DNA from: Octopus bimaculoides
Lineage: Eukaryota
DNA: 64,000 nucleotides
Assembly (NCBI RefSeq): GCF_001194135.2
Contig: NC_068998.1
Coordinates: forward strand, 32,728,146 to 32,792,145
Direction of reading: 5' to 3'
In this document: one piece after another, positions 25,100-38,330 of the stretch
Layout of the letters: each line of letters begins with the position of its first letter
How positions within the stretch are numbered: the stretch's first letter is position 1
Made by a program: the position numbers and the translations under genes
Notes under the pieces: model-generated
The model's input: only the letters and a program-made list of their open reading frames with translations
Database searches by the model: none
Told to the model about the DNA's origin: nothing

Positions 25100-26045
25100 A
25101 AAAGAGGATAAAAGATGAATAAGGAGACTATTGAAGTCAAAGTTGAATAGTGGTAACACAGTATCAGCGATAAATTTGAGTGCAGTATCTATTATTAAAT
25201 ATGGAGTAAATCTAATTGAGTGGGGAGAATCAGATCAACTGACCCTAGACTGTAAGACAAGAAAATTCTTAACAATGTTTGATATCCATCTCAAGGTGTT
25301 GTGCATCAATTATATGTGAAAAGAGAGACTGGTGGAATAGAATTTATCAACGTAAAGGATTGTGTCAAGGCCAGTAATTTTGGGGGATGGGGTTAGTTGA
25401 TTACATAAACCTTAGTGTTCAGCTGGTACTTCTTTTATCGACTCTGAAAGGTGAAAGGCAAATTTGGACCTTGGTGGAATTTGAACTCAGAATGTAAAGA
25501 TGGATGAAACGCCTGGTGTACCAACGATTTTGATAACTTTCCACTTTTGGATTGTGTTAATTTTGAGAAGATCTGTTTACTGAGGTATCTAGAAGCAATG
25601 GAAGAAATGTTGCTACAGATGAGACCATCTCGGAGAAAATACGAAAAGCAATTGATAATGAGAACAAAGATACAATACATGATGGGCATCAAGAGAAAAA
25701 TAGAAACAAGCCCTTAAGGAGCCATTTTGGCAGGTATCAAATGAAGTGAGGGGTAAGAATTCCTGGTATCAGCTTAGAAAAGATAAGTTGGGAAGAGAAA
25801 CAGAGATAATGACAGTGAATATTGAAAGCCAATCTATTACAAATGCCAAGAGTAGACATGTTTTGGGGGAAGCACCATTGCCTGCATGTAGATCATGTGG
25901 TATGTATGATGAGACAGTGGTGGCACAATTAGTGTCTGAATGTCTGAAGCTTGCACAGAGAGCAAGAAAGTACAAGAAGTGGTGATGTGACCAAGTTATT
26001 AGGGTTATAATTGGAGACTTTGCCAGAAATAGGAGTCTGAGCACT
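25100..26045 (+). mobile_element. R4/Dong-clade LINE internal fragment interrupted by SINE-B (minus, ~25372-25525)
   Basis: KSKLNSGNTVSAINLSAVSIIKYG..KTRKFLTM, then CRSCGMYDETVVAQLVSECLKLAQ (decayed CCHC zinc knuckle). Confidence 0.75.
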
Positions 26046-26639
26046 TGAAGATAGTATGTTCATCATTTTTAGTTCAAGTTAAACCAGGATCAATTGTATC
26101 GTTCAACTCTCCACAGACAATATGTTTGCCATTGAAATACAATTCAATTCAATCATTTATAAGTACCCACTTCAACCTAATTCCAAAGTAAGAAATTACA
26201 TGAATTAGGACTATCATCGAAATGTTGACAGTTTTATTAATGATAGCAAAATGACACAGCTGTTGAAAATGACAACAAAGGATATGTGTGTATAGATAGT
26301 ACTGAAGTATGTGAACAACTAGAAATACTTTTTTTTATGTTTATGAGAGCTTTCCATTACATATGTTTGAATATAAAGGTATATCTATGTGTGTGTGTAC
26401 GTATAGAATACACAAGGAGTTTTTGTCAACTGACGTAATGTAATAGGTATGTACTACAAGTGCTCAGTTTGGTTACCACTAAAACTCTGGCTTGAACTGC
26501 AATTGAAAAGTGTGGTGTCAAGGACAACTACAAGTGGCTTCTCCTTGAGCAGGGGGATACAGATTAAAACGAAATAATGGAAAAGCATATTATTTTCCTT
26601 TGCTTTTTCATTTTTTATTTTAATCTGTCTGTCTATTTA

Positions 26640-27288
26640 TCTATCTATCTATTCTTTTAGTTGTTCCAGTCATTTGACTGTGGCCATGCTGTAGCACCAC
26701 CTTAAAGGGTTTTTAGTCAAAGAAATCAACCCCAAGACTTATTCTTTGTAAGCCTAGTACTTATTCTATCAGTCTTTTTTTAATGAACTGCTAAGTTCTG
26801 GAGATGTAAAAACACCAACATCAGTTGTTGAGTGATGGAGAGGGAACAAACACAGACACAAGGATGTACTCACATAAATATATATATATATATATATATA
26901 NNNNNNNNNNNNNNNNNNNNNNNNNNNNNNNNNNNNNNNNNNNNNNNNNNNNNNNNNNNNNNNNNNNNNNNNNNNNNNNNNNNNNNNNNNNNNNNNNNNN
27001 NNNNNNNNNNNNNNNNNNNNNNNNNNNNNNNNNNNNNNNNNNNNNNNNNNNNNNNNNNNNNNNNNNNNNNNNNNNNNNNNNNNNNNNNNNNNNNNNNNNN
27101 NNNNNNNNNNNNNNNNNNNNNNNNNNNNNNNNNNNNNNNNNNNNNNNNNNNNNNNNNNNNNNNNNNNNNNNNNNNNNNNNNNNNNNNNNNNNNNNNNNNN
27201 NNNNNNNNNNNNNNNNNNNNNNNNNNNNNNNNNNNNNNNNNNNNNNNNNNNNNNNNNNNNNNNNNNNNNNNNNNNNNNNNNNNNNNNN

Positions 27289-27367
<79 letters not shown>

Positions 27368-27570
27368 TTGTGTGTGTCAGTGTTTGTCCCCTCACCATCA
27401 CTTGACAACCAATGCTGGTATGTTTAAGTCCCCGTTACTAAGCAGTTTGGCAAAAAAGACCGATAGAATAAGTACTAGGCTTACAAAGATTAAGTCCTTG
27501 GATCGATTTGTTTGATTGAAGGTGGTGCTCCATCATGGCTGCAGTCAAATGAATGAAAAAAGTAAGAGAA
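26640..27570. mobile_element. Two SINE-A 3' halves in inverted orientation around (TA)n-gap-(TA)n
   Basis: 26650-26880 is the minus-strand 3' half and 27365-27570 is the plus-strand 3' half. Confidence 0.75.
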
Positions 27571-27606
27571 TGAAAGAATATATATATACATATATATATA
27601 TACAAG

Positions 27607-27729
27607 GTTTCAAATTTATACATTTAAAAAAGAGAGATTTAACACCGGAGTTTAAATATCCACGTCTTCATTCAATGTAAACATTTCTCGGTGTTAAATC
27701 TCTCTTTTTTAAATGTATAAATTTGAAAC
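27607..27729. repeat. Perfect 41-bp inverted repeat with a 41-nt spacer
   Basis: gtttcaaatttatacatttaaaaaagagagatttaacaccg (27607-47) is the exact reverse complement of 27689-27729. Confidence 0.95.
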
Positions 27730-27867
27730 TTTGGATATATAAACAAGGAGAACGATCCTTAAGGAATCTAATTAATGATTCTTTGAGGTGAAATCTTATG
27801 CTATATTGGTAATGATTGCAGAGTTTACTTTGAAAAATTATATATATATATAATTATAATAATAATG

Positions 27868-27903
<36 letters not shown>

Positions 27904-27904
27904 T

Positions 27905-28109
27905 TACTCTTTTACTTGTTTCAGTCATTTGACTGTCATGCTGGAGCACTGCCTTTAGTCGAGCAAATCGACATTAGGACTTATTCTTTGGAAGCCTAGT
28001 ACTTATTCTATCGGTCTCTTTTACTGAACCGCTAAGTTACGGGGACGTAAACACACCAGCATCGGTTGTCAAGCGATGTTGGGGGGACAAACACAGACAC
28101 ACAAACAAA
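27905..28109 (-). mobile_element. SINE family A 3' half, young (a further 5' half lies at 28975-29075)
   Basis: CpG-rich copy: ctattctatcggtctc..gctaagttacggggacgtaaacacaccagcatcggttgtcaagcg. Confidence 0.85.
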
Positions 28110-29074
28110 NNNNNNNNNNNNNNNNNNNNNNNNNNNNNNNNNNNNNNNNNNNNNNNNNNNNNNNNNNNNNNNNNNNNNNNNNNNNNNNNNNNNNNNNNNN
28201 NNNNNNNNNNNNNNNNNNNNNNNNNNNNNNNNNNNNNNNNNNNNNNNNNNNNNNNNNNNNNNNNNNNNNNNNNNNNNNNNNNNNNNNNNNNNNNNNNNNN
28301 NNNNNNNNNNNNNNNNNNNNNNNNNNNNNNNNNNNNNNNNNNNNNNNNNNNNNNNNNNNNNNNNNNNNNNNNCATTGTGCCTCCTTAGGGATAAAAATCC
28401 AAATTTACAGGTAAAAACTCAATTAAATTCAATTTACCAAAAATTAAAATTAAATTAAGTTTCACAGTATATAATATATAAATATATAATTTAGACATGA
28501 ACTCATCCATGAAAATTCAGTCACATATAGAAAAAATTAATAAGTAAATACACTAAAAAGAAGTATAATAAAATACAAAGTAAAAATCATAAAATAATAA
28601 TTATAAAACGACTACACGTGTTTCATAACCAAATTTTCAATTAGAAAATAAAATATAAACAAATCGATTAAATCAATCGAAAATCAATTCTATTCAAAAA
28701 TATAGCTAATCTTCAGGTCAAAATACAACAGTAATAATGATAAAATGAATGTATATATCAACCAACAATAAATAACAAATGAATATATATAAAAATACTT
28801 ATTATATCAATATAGAAAAATGTTAAACAATATTATTAAAAAGAAATGTAATACTAATTTTATCGAAAATTATAAACGTGACATTATTAACTTTACGTTT
28901 ATTAGAATATAAACTAACAGAAATATTAAATGCAAATCTTATCTAAACGAATCTTTCATATAAAATATATATATATACGATGGACTTCTTTCAGTTTCTG
29001 TCCACCAAATCCACTCACAAGGCTTTGCTCAGCCCGAGGCTATAGTAGAAGACACTTGCTGAAGGTGCCACACC

Positions 29075-29129
<55 letters not shown>

Positions 29130-30434
29130 NNNNNNNNNNNNNNNNNNNNNNNNNNNNNNNNNNNNNNNNNNNNNNNNNNNNNNNNNNNNNNNNNNNNNNN
29201 NNNNNNNNNNNNNNNNNNNNNNNNNNNNNNNNNNNNNNNNNNNNNNNNNNNNNNNNNNNNNNNNNNNNNNNNNNNNNNNNNNNNNNNNNNNNNNNNNNNN
29301 NNNNNNNNNNNNNNNNNNNNNNNNNNNNNNNNNNNNNNNNNNNNNNNNNNNNNNNNNNNNNNNNNNNNNNNNNNNNNNNNNNNNNNNNNNNNNNNNNNNN
29401 NNNNNNNNNGGGGGGGGGGGGCAGTATGTAGAAGCCCATCCAATGGATTGCACCTATAATTCAAATGTCCACCCTTGTCACACTGTGTCCTGCTTGTACC
29501 TCCTGAGAATTAAATCAAGGAACATGTGTCTGCACAATAATTACTTATCATCAGAAATTTCGAGATCCATTTATAACACGCACACACTCGCACACATGCG
29601 CACACACGCACACACACACACATACACACACAACTCACACACATGCATGAATGTACGCATGTATATACGTATATAAATACATATCAAAACAGGAGATTGG
29701 AAAATTAACTGGCTTTATTTATTCACCATTACACATATTTTATTTGCTCATGGGTTTTGTATTCTCAATTCGAAATTCCAACCTAGAGTCAGGATAAGGT
29801 CAACCTCATAATAGTTTTTTGTAACCATATCAGATTTCCAAATCTTCCTCTCACATTTTTTGCACTCAAAAACTATAGTCCCCTAACAAATATAATTGTA
29901 GCTAAGCCTACAAACCCTTAGTTCACTTCAGACTACATCAGTGACTAGACCTTGAATAAAGCTGCATAGGTTCATAATCAAATGAACGTAACTAGGTGCA
30001 AGTGCAATTACGAGATTTCTGTGCAATAGAAACGTGTGTCAGACACATTTAAATCAAATATGCAATATAACTGACTGTAGACAGAAAAAAATTGCAGATG
30101 TACTAATCTCCGTATTCATTATAATCGTCTTGGATATACATCCTGTAAACTATTTATAATCCAGCAAAATGAACTAGGATTTACTCATTGGATGAAATAC
30201 ATTGGAAATGATTACCTCAAGTAATCTTAGGTGCTCTTTACCACTCAATGCTGTTAGCCATAAACTGGATTATAACTGAGTGCTTGTACAGTATCTGCCT
30301 GGATACTTAAAACACTGAATCAAATTAGTATACAGATAGATACATACATACTTATGCAGGCACACACACACAAACACACACATACATGTTAAGGAAGTCT
30401 GAAGGATATCTCACTGGTTCACAAGGAAACAGAA

Positions 30435-31580
30435 ATACCAAAATTACACACTGTTTCTTTGTGGATGATTTTAAAACTTTTTGCAAAGAATATGCATGAG
30501 ATGAAAAAGATCCTTGACCTAGTTACAACATTTTCAAAGGATGTAGGATTGGAGTTTGATCAGGATAAATGTCGTTACATGGTTGTGAAAAGGGGGAGAA
30601 CTATAAACCAGACTAGTAACATCTCCATTAATGATTTGACTGTTTCCCCTGTATCTGATGAGGAATGTTACAGGTATCTAGGGGTGGATGAAAATATATC
30701 TTACAGTGGCACTTGTAACAAAACACGTGTCACTAAAGAATGTTACAGCCAAATAAAGAAAATTTGGACCTCAGAACCCTCTGCATTCAATAAAACAGTG
30801 GCCCACAATGTATTTGCAGTGCCAGAACTCATACCAACATTTGGGCTGCATGATTGGACGCTTTATGAGATCCTAGCCATTACTGTGTAAACCTGAAAAA
30901 TACTTACAAGCACACATAATTTCCACATAAACAGTGATGTAGACTGCCTCTATCTAGAACGAAAACAAGGTGGAAGAGGCTTATACATCGATCCAAAATA
31001 CTTTTGAATGTCGCATCAACCATCAAGTGTCGAAGTGCATCCCTTGACCAAGTTTGCATACATGAGGCTAATAACATCATAAGACTTGGAAGGCAGCTCT
31101 TTGAGCAACACTATTTGACTGATAACCTAGAATACACACCCAAAGAAGTTGCATGACTCTACTGCAATGTATCATCAGATGAAAGGATGGGCCTATATGA
31201 GCAGAAGACTATGCATGGATATGTTAGTAGAAAGCTCCGTAATGATAGTAACATTGATCCTCAAAGCAGTTTATCCAGGGGCACCGGCAACGATCTCGCT
31301 TGAAAAATTTCATGTGTCACCTGCACAAGAGCCAGTCCAGGGGCACTGGCAACGATCTCCACTCATTATAAAAAGGAATACTGGTGGAATGTGCCAGTGA
31401 AGACCTCAATAAAATGTAAGCAGAACAGACCTCATATGATGATTTGGGATAGAGAAGAGAAACTGTGCACAGTTGTGGAAATTAGCTGCCCAGTGGATGT
31501 TAACATAAAACTGAAGATCAGCAAAAAAGAGAATACCTACATTGAACTATTGAGAAATCTGCAGCTACTCTATCCAGATT
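30435..31580 (+). mobile_element. R4/Dong-clade LINE fragment (RT C-half joined to RLE)
   Basis: Frameshifted F.VDD followed by LKLFAKNM..FSKDVGLEFDQDKC, Y.YLGV, and later NRPHMMIWDREEKLCTVVEISCP..KENTY. Confidence 0.85.
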
Positions 31581-31599
31581 ACATATATATACGCACCTT

Positions 31600-31674
31600 G
31601 ATGCAAGTTGACTGGGAACATGGGCCCACCAAAATTGTTCACAATTGGGCCCGGCACCTCCGAAGGCCAGCCCT

Positions 31675-31676
<2 letters not shown>
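31600..31676. mobile_element. Possible hAT-type transposon terminus
   Basis: GC-rich gggcccggcacctccgaaggccagccctg ends in the CAG-type terminus (..ccctg) and is followed by (GATA)n. Confidence 0.4.
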
Positions 31677-31736
<60 letters not shown>

Positions 31737-31785
31737 AATAAGCTCCTTTCTCAGAAAAAGAATTTCAATAATTGAAAACAGGAAA

Positions 31786-31816
<31 letters not shown>

Positions 31817-31937
31817 TGCACACACACACACACACACACACACACAACACACATACACACACACACACAAACACACACATGCACACACACACACACACAC
31901 AAACACAAAAGAAGAGTGTGTGTGTGAGTGTGTGTCT

Positions 31938-31979
<42 letters not shown>

Positions 31980-32889
31980 ATGAGTGCAATACAATGAAAC
32001 AAAGAATTAATATGTAATTGCGAAGTCCAAATGATGTATTTGTAAATTAATTCCCAAACGAAATAAATATATTGGATACTAATGACTAATACTTATTTAT
32101 ATTCTTTCTATGTCTGTCTGTAAGTGGAATGAAATATTGACAAAACATTCTGACAATTTTATAGCGGCCTAATTCTTTTGTCTTCACTGAGTTACCTTTA
32201 ACTCTCTCCATTTGTTATTTCACTTTCTCATTTACCTGCAGAGTATTATGCTTGATGAAAAAAAAAACAAAAAACAACAACAACAACAAAAACCATATAA
32301 AGACAAACAAAAACACAAATTTTAGCAACATGAGAAAATATAGGTGTGTATGGGTGGGGGTTTGGTTAAAGTTTTCCTCCTGGTATGATGACAACATTCA
32401 AGATCCTATTCCATTTTGGGTTTTGTGAAACCAATAAAAGAAAAGAACAGTAACATGGTTTTGCATATCAAGCAAATATTCCGAAGTAAGCATTCCAGTT
32501 TCAGAAAGCCAGTCAAGATTATTGACAGAATCATTGTAAATAGACAAATCAGGAAAAATTATTATAAGCAGAATACAATAGAAAAAGTAAAAGAAAACAT
32601 TTCATACTCCTTGTGGGTAACATATTCATAGAAATAAAATGTTTATTTCAGATAAGATATTTGATAAGTTTTGATTTACTTAAAATAAATTGCAAATGCA
32701 TGCCTTGTATGGTTTATGTGTACTTGAACGTAAAACACATTCAAAACACTTCATAATGTAAGGGAGATAACTCTACATATAAAGCAAATTTCAGGGGGAT
32801 AACTCCCAATCAAAATTATTTTTAATGTCAGCAACTATATTCTGTTTTTGTGTATATTATGAATACATGCGTGCGTATGCGCAGTAAAC

Positions 32890-33100
32890 ATATACGCTTA
32901 TCTTTTATCAATTAATTGTTTCTGTCAGCAGACTGCAGCCGCGTTGAGGCACCGCCTCGAAGAATTTTAGTCGAACAAATCGGCCACAATACTTATTTTT
33001 TGAAGCCTTGTTCTTTTCCCGAACGACTAAGTTACGGGGACGGGAACATACCAGTACCAGGTGTGGGGCGGTGGTGGACGACAAACACAAAGACACAGGC

Positions 33101-33150
<50 letters not shown>

Positions 33151-33310
33151 GACAGGCTACTTTGAGTTTACGTCAACCAAATCTTCCCGTAAGGCTTTGG
33201 TCGGCCCAACGTTATAGTAAAAGACACTTACCTAAGATGCCTTATGGTAAGACCTGAACCGAGAACCATGTGGTTGGGAAGCAAAATTCTTACCACACAG
33301 GCACACCTGC
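32890..33310 (-). mobile_element. SINE family A, complete young copy
   Basis: Full head, internal (TA)n(CA)n and tail, with CpGs retained. Confidence 0.9.
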
Positions 33311-34660
33311 ACCCAGCCACTCCTGTTTATAATATATATATTGGGGTGGAGCGAAAAATGCAACTTTCGAAATTGGTAACCAAGAATTGATAATTTGTTG
33401 CGCATTAGGGTTACTTTTTTAGGCTCCACAACGCAATTGAAAATTTTTAAAATAGCTATTTTGGGTCAAATTTTGGATTTCATGGTTTATAGCTCATAAC
33501 GAAAACATATTTCTACATAGCAGAATGCAAACAGTGAATCATCCAACTATGGTAGTAGTTGAATAATATTCTTAAGGCCACAATTTACTCACACGCAGCA
33601 TATCAGAGCTTTGTCGCTAATTCAGTTCTTAACCAAATTGAAAACTGTTTTATATTTAAGAAATGAGGAATTATGTACATTATTTACATTTGACTTTTTT
33701 TTTTCAAATGTAAATAATGTAAATAATGTAAATTGAAAACTTAACATTTTTGAAGANNNNNNNNNNNNNNNNNNNNNNNNNNNNNNNNNNNNNNNNNNNN
33801 NNNNNNNNNNNNNNNNNNNNNNNNNNNNNNNNNNNNNNNNNNNNNNNNNNNNNNNNNNNNNNNNNNNNNNNNNNNNNNNNNNNNNNNNNNNNNNNNNNNN
33901 NNNNNNNNNNNNNNNNNNNNNNNNNNNNNNNNNNNNNNNNNNNNNNNNNNNNNNNNNNNNNNNNNNNNNNNNNNNNNNNNNNNNNNNNNNNNNNNNNNNN
34001 NNNNNNNNNNNNNNNNNNNNNNNNNNNNNNNNNNNNNNNNNNNNNNNNNNNNNNNNNNNNNNNNNNNNNNNNNNNNNNNNNNNNNNNNNNNNNNNNNNNN
34101 NNNNNNNNNNNNNNNNNNNNNNNNNNNNNNNNNNNNNNNNNNNNNNNNNNNNNNNNNNNNNNNNNNNNNNNNNNNNNNNNNNNNNNNNNNNNNNNNNNNN
34201 NNNNNNNNNNNNNNNNNNNNNNNNNNNNNNNNNNNNNNNNNNNNNNNNNNNNNNNNNNNNNNNNNNNNNNNNNNNNNNNNNNNNNNNNNNNNNNNNNNNN
34301 NNNNNNNNNNNNNNNNNNNNNNNNNNNNNNNNNNNNNNNNNNNNNNNNNNNNNNNNNNNNNNNNNNNNNNNNNNNNNNNNNNNNNNNNNNNNNNNNNNNN
34401 NNNNNNNNNNNNNNNNNNNNNNNNNNNNNNNNNNNNNNNNNNNNNNNNNNNNNNNNNNNNNNNNNNNNNNNNNNNNNNNNNNNNNNNNNNNNNNNNNNNN
34501 NNNNNNNNNNNNNNNNNNNNNNNNNNNNNNNNNNNNNNNNNNNNNNNNNNNNNNNNNNNNNNNNNNNNNNNNNNNNNNNNNNNNNNNNNNNNNNNNNNNN
34601 NNNNNNNNNNNNNNNNNNNNNNNNNNNNNNNNNNNNNNNNNNNNNNNNNNNNNNNNNNNN

Positions 34661-34735
34661 AGAGAGTGAGTGACAGCATACATTTTTTCATTTATTTTTT
34701 CTCGCATCTTTTTTCAGTGTATGTGTGAGTGATTC

Positions 34736-34770
<35 letters not shown>

Positions 34771-34805
34771 GTGCGTTGTTGTTGTTGTTGTTGTTGTTGT
34801 TGCTG

Positions 34806-34837
<32 letters not shown>

Positions 34838-35174
34838 TAGAGAGAGAAAGTGATAGTGTCAATTTTACTTAGCTACTTATACATACATGCAAAAAAAAAA
34901 TTGCATGACAACACACACTTTCACTCACTGGCTGACTTTTTCTCTCTCCCTCACAAGCACACATATAAAAAACACGTATGCATGTGTATTTATGCATGTA
35001 TGTGTATATGACAAATAATGGGTGTATGTTTGTGTTTGTGTGCATGTGTGACTGACCCTAGCCATTTTACACATACATTGCAACAACTCTCTCTCTCCCT
35101 CTCTCAGTCAATCACTCACATCACACACTAAAAAAAGATGCGAGAAAAAGTAAAAAAATATAATTTATGCTATT

Positions 35175-35215
<41 letters not shown>

Positions 35216-35323
35216 CAATCACTCATGCACTCAAAAAAGATGTGAGAAAAAATAAATTAAAAAATGTATGCTGTCACTCTCTCCCTCACACACACACACA
35301 CAATAACAACAACAACACACACC

Positions 35324-35386
<63 letters not shown>

Positions 35387-35400
35387 ACAACACACACTTT
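34661..35400. repeat. Microsatellite-containing ~130-200-bp repeat units in both orientations
   Basis: tcagtcaatcactc..aaaaaagatgcgagaaaaa..tatgctgtcactc occurs twice on plus (35.1, 35.2 kb) and once inverted (34661-34740). Confidence 0.75.
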
Positions 35401-35702
35401 AAATTTGTTATTCACTTTTCAATAAGGTAAAATCTTAAATTATTAATTGACACATTATTAATTAGCATAATAGCATAGCCTGGAAAAAACATGGATTACA
35501 TGGGAAAATGCAAGCAAGAGAAATAGTATTCTTAAGATTATAAACCTGGAACAGTACAGGACAAGTTATTACACTTGGAAAAGTTCAAGACAAGTTATTA
35601 CAGCTGATAAAGTACAGAACAAGAAAATTTTACTTAAAATATTGCAGCTAAGGATAAAATCTGAATATTAAAAATTATTTGATTTTAATTCACAAAGTAA
35701 CA

Positions 35703-37050
35703 TCTATATATATAAAAATGAGAATGTGTGTGTGTCTGTCTGTCTGTCTGTCTGTGTGAATCCCTAAAACTCGAGAACTACGCAACCAATTTCATTCAAA
35801 TTTTACACATGCCTTACTTAGGGTTCCAGTTGTGTTTTAGTCAAAAAAGATTATTAACTTCTTGCAGAGTTCGAGCACACAGCAACATAATATCTCCTCC
35901 ACTATTTAAGTATTACGTGTCAAAAGTGAAACAAAAACACNNNNNNNNNNNNNNNNNNNNNNNNNNNNNNNNNNNNNNNNNNNNNNNNNNNNNNNNNNNN
36001 NNNNNNNNNNNNNNNNNNNNNNNNNNNNNNNNNNNNNNNNNNNNNNNNNNNNNNNNNNNNNNNNNNNNNNNNNNNNNNNNNNNNNNNNNNNNNNNNNNNN
36101 NNNNNNNNNNNNNNNNNNNNNNNNNNNNNNNNNNNNNNNNNNNNNNNNNNNNNNNNNNNNNNNNNNNNNNNNNNNNNNNNNNNNNNNNNNNNNNNNNNNN
36201 NNNNNNNNNNNNNNNNNNNNNNNNNNNNNNNNNNNNNNNNNNNNNNNNNNNNNNNNNNNNNNNNNNNNNNNNNNNNNNNNNNNNNNNNNNNNNNNNNNNN
36301 NNNNNNNNNNNNNNNNNNNNNNNNNNNNNNNNNNNNNNNNNNNNNNNNNNNNNNNNNNNNNNNNNNNNNNNNNNNNNNNNNNNNNNNNNNNNNNNNNNNN
36401 NNNNNNNNNNNNNNNNNNNNNNNNNNNNNNNNNNNNNNNNNNNNNNNNNNNNNNNNNNNNNNNNNNNNNNNNNNNNNNNNNNNNNNNNNNNNNNNNNNNN
36501 NNNNNNNNNNNNNNNNNNNNNNNNNNNNNNNNNNNNNNNNNNNNNNNNNNNNNNNNNNNNNNNNNNNNNNNNNNNNNNNNNNNNNNNNNNNNNNNNNNNN
36601 NNNNNNNNNNNNNNNNNNNNNNNNNNNNNNNNNNNNNNNNNNNNNNNNNNNNNNNNNNNNNNNNNNNNNNNNNNNNNNNNNNNNNNNNNNNNNNNNNNNN
36701 NNNNNNNNNNNNNNNNNNNNNNNNNNNNNNNNNNNNNNNNNNNNNNNNNNNNNNNNNNNNNNNNNNNNNNNNNNNNNNNNNNNNNNNNNNNNNNNNNNNN
36801 NNNNNGGAAAACAAGGAACATAATTTACAATGAGGTGTTATAATCACAACAGCAAGAAAGTATGTACATGATCACCTTTTACGAAACTTCATTGACTTTC
36901 ATATATTTATATTGATATACATATATATACATGTGTTTGGGTGCGTGTGTGTATATACATCTCTATATATAAAGATGATGCATAGTCTAGACGGCGTTTT
37001 TAGATTTCATTATTCTCTTTAACCCGGGGAACGCCGGGTATTTCTGCTAG
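35703..37050 (+). mobile_element. Non-autonomous Helitron(s)
   Basis: 5' A|TCtatatatataaaaatgag; 3' hairpin cccgg-ggaacg-ccggg (37023-38) 8 nt before CTAG|T. Spans an N gap. Confidence 0.7.
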
Positions 37051-37869
37051 TAATTAATAAAGATACCATCATTTGGTTAAAATATTGACACACTAGAATA
37101 CTTTAAAAATGAGAGCCAGAAGTACCAATATATTTATGCAAAGTAGAATAGTATATATGGTAGGCAAATTCATTATGTAGAAAATAGGCATTGGGTGAAG
37201 AGTAAAAATGTGAAGACTTGGCAATAACATAGGCAATAACTCAAGCAAATTTTACTGTGAATTTCTTATAGGTAGATTTTACTGTAATATATAACTAATC
37301 TTTTATTATTCTATTTATTGTACTAACTAATTATGTACTACTATTATTTTTATTACCTATTTTCAAATTTCTAATTATTGATTAATAATTTTAAAACTGA
37401 ATTTTTTTTAAAGTGCAAAAAATATTTTAATTGAGTTATTTTCAATAGAATTAACAAGTAAGAACAAATTGAAGTAATAACTTGTTCTGGACTTTTCCAA
37501 ATGTTATAACCTGTCGTGTACTTTTCCAGGTTTATAATCTTAAGAATATTATTTTTCTTGTTCGCATTTTTCCATGTAATATAGTATCCTCAAGAGGTTG
37601 CATACCAAGTTTCAATCCAATTGAATAATATCTTGGAGTTCCACATTGACTATAAAAAGAACAGGAGCGTGAACTTCTGACCAGTGCCGCTGCAACGGTT
37701 GTTGCATGTGGGTGTACATTGTATGTGTGTGAAGTTTTCTGTTTTGTACCTTGACTTTAGGGTATTGTATTAAATTTAGTGTTGTTTACATTTAGTGATG
37801 ACTCATAAGCCAATAACGTGTCATGATACTGAATGCCCAATATTTGGTACTCTATGTGATCTTAGTGAG

Positions 37870-38330
37870 TGGATTTTGCGAACTTACAAGGACGTACTAA
37901 AATGTGTTTCAATTGGAATGAGAAAAAGGAAAGAATGTAGTTAAGAAAGATCATTGAATTATACAAGTTGTAAAGATTGTAGCAGAAAAGATAATTCTTC
38001 TTTGGCAAAAGGCAGCCATCCCTTGTGTTATGACTGAGTCAGTTAAACTGAAAATCTTAAACTTTTATCTAAAGTACCAAGCATTACTAAAATCTGTGAA
38101 AAATAGAAAAAATGTGTCATCATTTCAAACAAAGTGTAATGTGTTTAAAAACAATGCAACAAAAGATTTATTTCACATTTCCTGTTGCAAGTGCAACTCT
38201 TTTAAAAATTGCAGTGTAGTAGAGACAAAAAAGTACCATAGAAAGAACAAGATTTTTTACAGGATCAGCGGACAAATCAAAAAATGATCATTGGCAGAAT
38301 AGATCAAGCAGTACCGAAAAAGAATGTTCA
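37870..38330 (+). pseudogene. Decayed DNA-transposase N-terminal region (hAT-related, possibly hATm)
   Basis: KIILLWQKAAIP..LFHISCCKC..KVP.KEQDFLQDQRT.QKMIIG matches a recurrent invertebrate transposase N-terminal motif pattern. The superfamily label is from memory. Confidence 0.55.

Noticed and set aside
28373-28960. Very AT-rich block as a possible mitochondrial insertion
   Set aside because: No tRNA, rRNA or mitochondrial ORF motifs recognised.
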